Assembly (NCBI GenBank): GCA_034780895.1
Contig: JAUZTB010000062.1
Location: forward strand, 20,977,074 to 21,041,073
Length of the DNA: 64,000 bases
Direction of reading: 5' to 3'
Source of the DNA: Rhynchobatus australiae
Taxonomy: Eukaryota
Part shown: piece after piece, positions 62,735 to 64,000 of the stretch
Position numbering within the stretch: position 1 is the stretch's first letter
Layout of the letters: every line of letters starts with the position of its first letter
Program-made: the position numbers and the translations under genes
Notes under the pieces: generated by a model
What the model was told of the DNA's origin: nothing
The model's input: only the letters and a program-made list of their open reading frames with translations
Database searches by the model: none

Positions 62735-63453
62735 GGATTTTTTTATTCACAAGTTAGAGGCATCATTGGAATGACCACTGTTCATTAACCATTCCTTGTT
62801 AGCATTGAGTGGACTGTGCTGAACTTTCTTCTTGACCTGCTGGAGCACTTCTGGTGAATGTACTCCCACTGTGATGTTGGTAGGGAGTTCCTGGATTCTG
62901 AACAGCACTAATAAAAGTGGTTTGTGACTTGGAGGGAAACTTTGGTGTGATTTCCATAGACCTGCTGACTTTGTTTTTCCAAGCTGTAGAGGTCATGGGC
63001 TTGGGTTGTTGTGGTGAGTTGTCGCTGTACCTCTTTTAGGTGCTATATACTGCAGCCTTGATAGGCTGGTATAAGCTAAGGGATGGGCTACTAATGAAAC
63101 AGCTACTAATGGGCGACTTTGTCCTGCATGGTGGTGATGCTCTTGAGTGTAGTTGGAGCTGCAATTATCCATGGAGAGTATTCCATCTTCGACCATCCAT
63201 CATCTCAGTGAATGAACCAACTTTCCAATGGATCATCCTTTGTGCTTGGAGTGAATCCGTCCAGTGGTGAGTTTTTCCCTTAATTTCTTTGACTTAAATT
63301 TAGTATCTGTGATGGAGAGAAGTTCAGGCAGTGTTTGAGCTGGTTCTTCCATTTGGCATTTTTGTCTAAAGACAATTACAGGGGCTTCAGCTTTGACTTC
63401 TGTACTCTTACACTGGACAATGCCTTCACTGAGTATTGAAATGTTCATGGAGT
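62735..63453 (-). mobile_element. CR1/L2-group LINE 3' relic (family of 1025-1565)
   Basis: A T-tail is followed by ggtgaatgtactcccactgtgatgttggtagggagttcctggattctgaac and gttggagctgcaattatccatggagagtattccatc. Confidence 0.6.
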
Positions 63454-64000
63454 NNNNNNNNNNNNNNNNNNNNNNNNNNNNNNNNNNNNNNNNNNNNNNN
63501 NNNNNNNNNNNNNNNNNNNNNNNNNNNNNNNNNNNNNNNNNNNNNNNNNNNNNNNNNNNNNNNNNNNNNNNNNNNNNNNNNNNNNNNNNNNNNNNNNNNN
63601 NNNNNNNNNNNNNNNNNNNNNNNNNNNNNNNNNNNNNNNNNNNNNNNNNNNNNNNNNNNNNNNNNNNNNNNNNNNNNNNNNNNNNNNNNNNNNNNNNNNN
63701 NNNNNNNNNNNNNNNNNNNNNNNNNNNNNNNNNNNNNNNNNNNNNNNNNNNNNNNNNNNNNNNNNNNNNNNNNNNNNNNNNNNNNNNNNNNNNNNNNNNN
63801 NNNNNNNNNNNNNNNNNNNNNNNNNNNNNNNNNNNNNNNNNNNNNNNNNNNNNNNNNNNNNNNNNNNNNNNNNNNNNNNNNNNNNNNNNNNNNNNNNNNC
63901 TTTTCATTTCCACTACCTCTCCCGACTATGTGACAGGTCAGCAGAGCACAATTAGATCCATACTGCATCCACTGATTAAAACAGACGTGTTGTTCAGTAT

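Larger units (their letters stand above)
54448..64000 (-). other. NTN1: Last intron of NTN1 (upstream exon not found in window)
   Basis: No sequence encoding the preceding ...KKYCKKDY exon was recognised. It lies beyond 64000 or inside an N gap. Confidence 0.7.

Overview
This is vertebrate genomic DNA, not prokaryotic. It is AT-rich, spliced and has many N gaps. The repeat content (HE1/V-SINE-like and Deu-domain SINEs, abundant CR1, Penelope, RTE and Rex1-like relics) points to a cartilaginous fish. Two genes converge tail to tail. STX8 (syntaxin-8) has its last two coding exons on + at 11221-11322 and 45104-45171, separated by a 33.8-kb intron. NTN1 (netrin-1) has its terminal NTR/C345C-domain exon on - at 54119-54447. 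This matches the STX8-NTN1 synteny known in mammals. Nearly all other ORF-track entries are spurious, N-filled or decayed retroelements. The most notable non-gene signal is a near-complete minimal type-I hammerhead ribozyme at 38933-38970. It sits in the tail of a Penelope-like GIY-YIG relic, is sense to the STX8 intron, and has several decayed sister tails. Other leads are a duplicated 24-26 bp Sox+Pax-like motif 20.5 kb apart, a strong CTCF motif next to the STX8 exon, a possible transmembrane-less STX8 read-through product, and a nested retroelement pile at 36.7-42.6 kb. Repeat family names come from recalled motif similarity, not a database search, and repeat boundaries are approximate. 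I found no firm evidence of a wholly new biological system.
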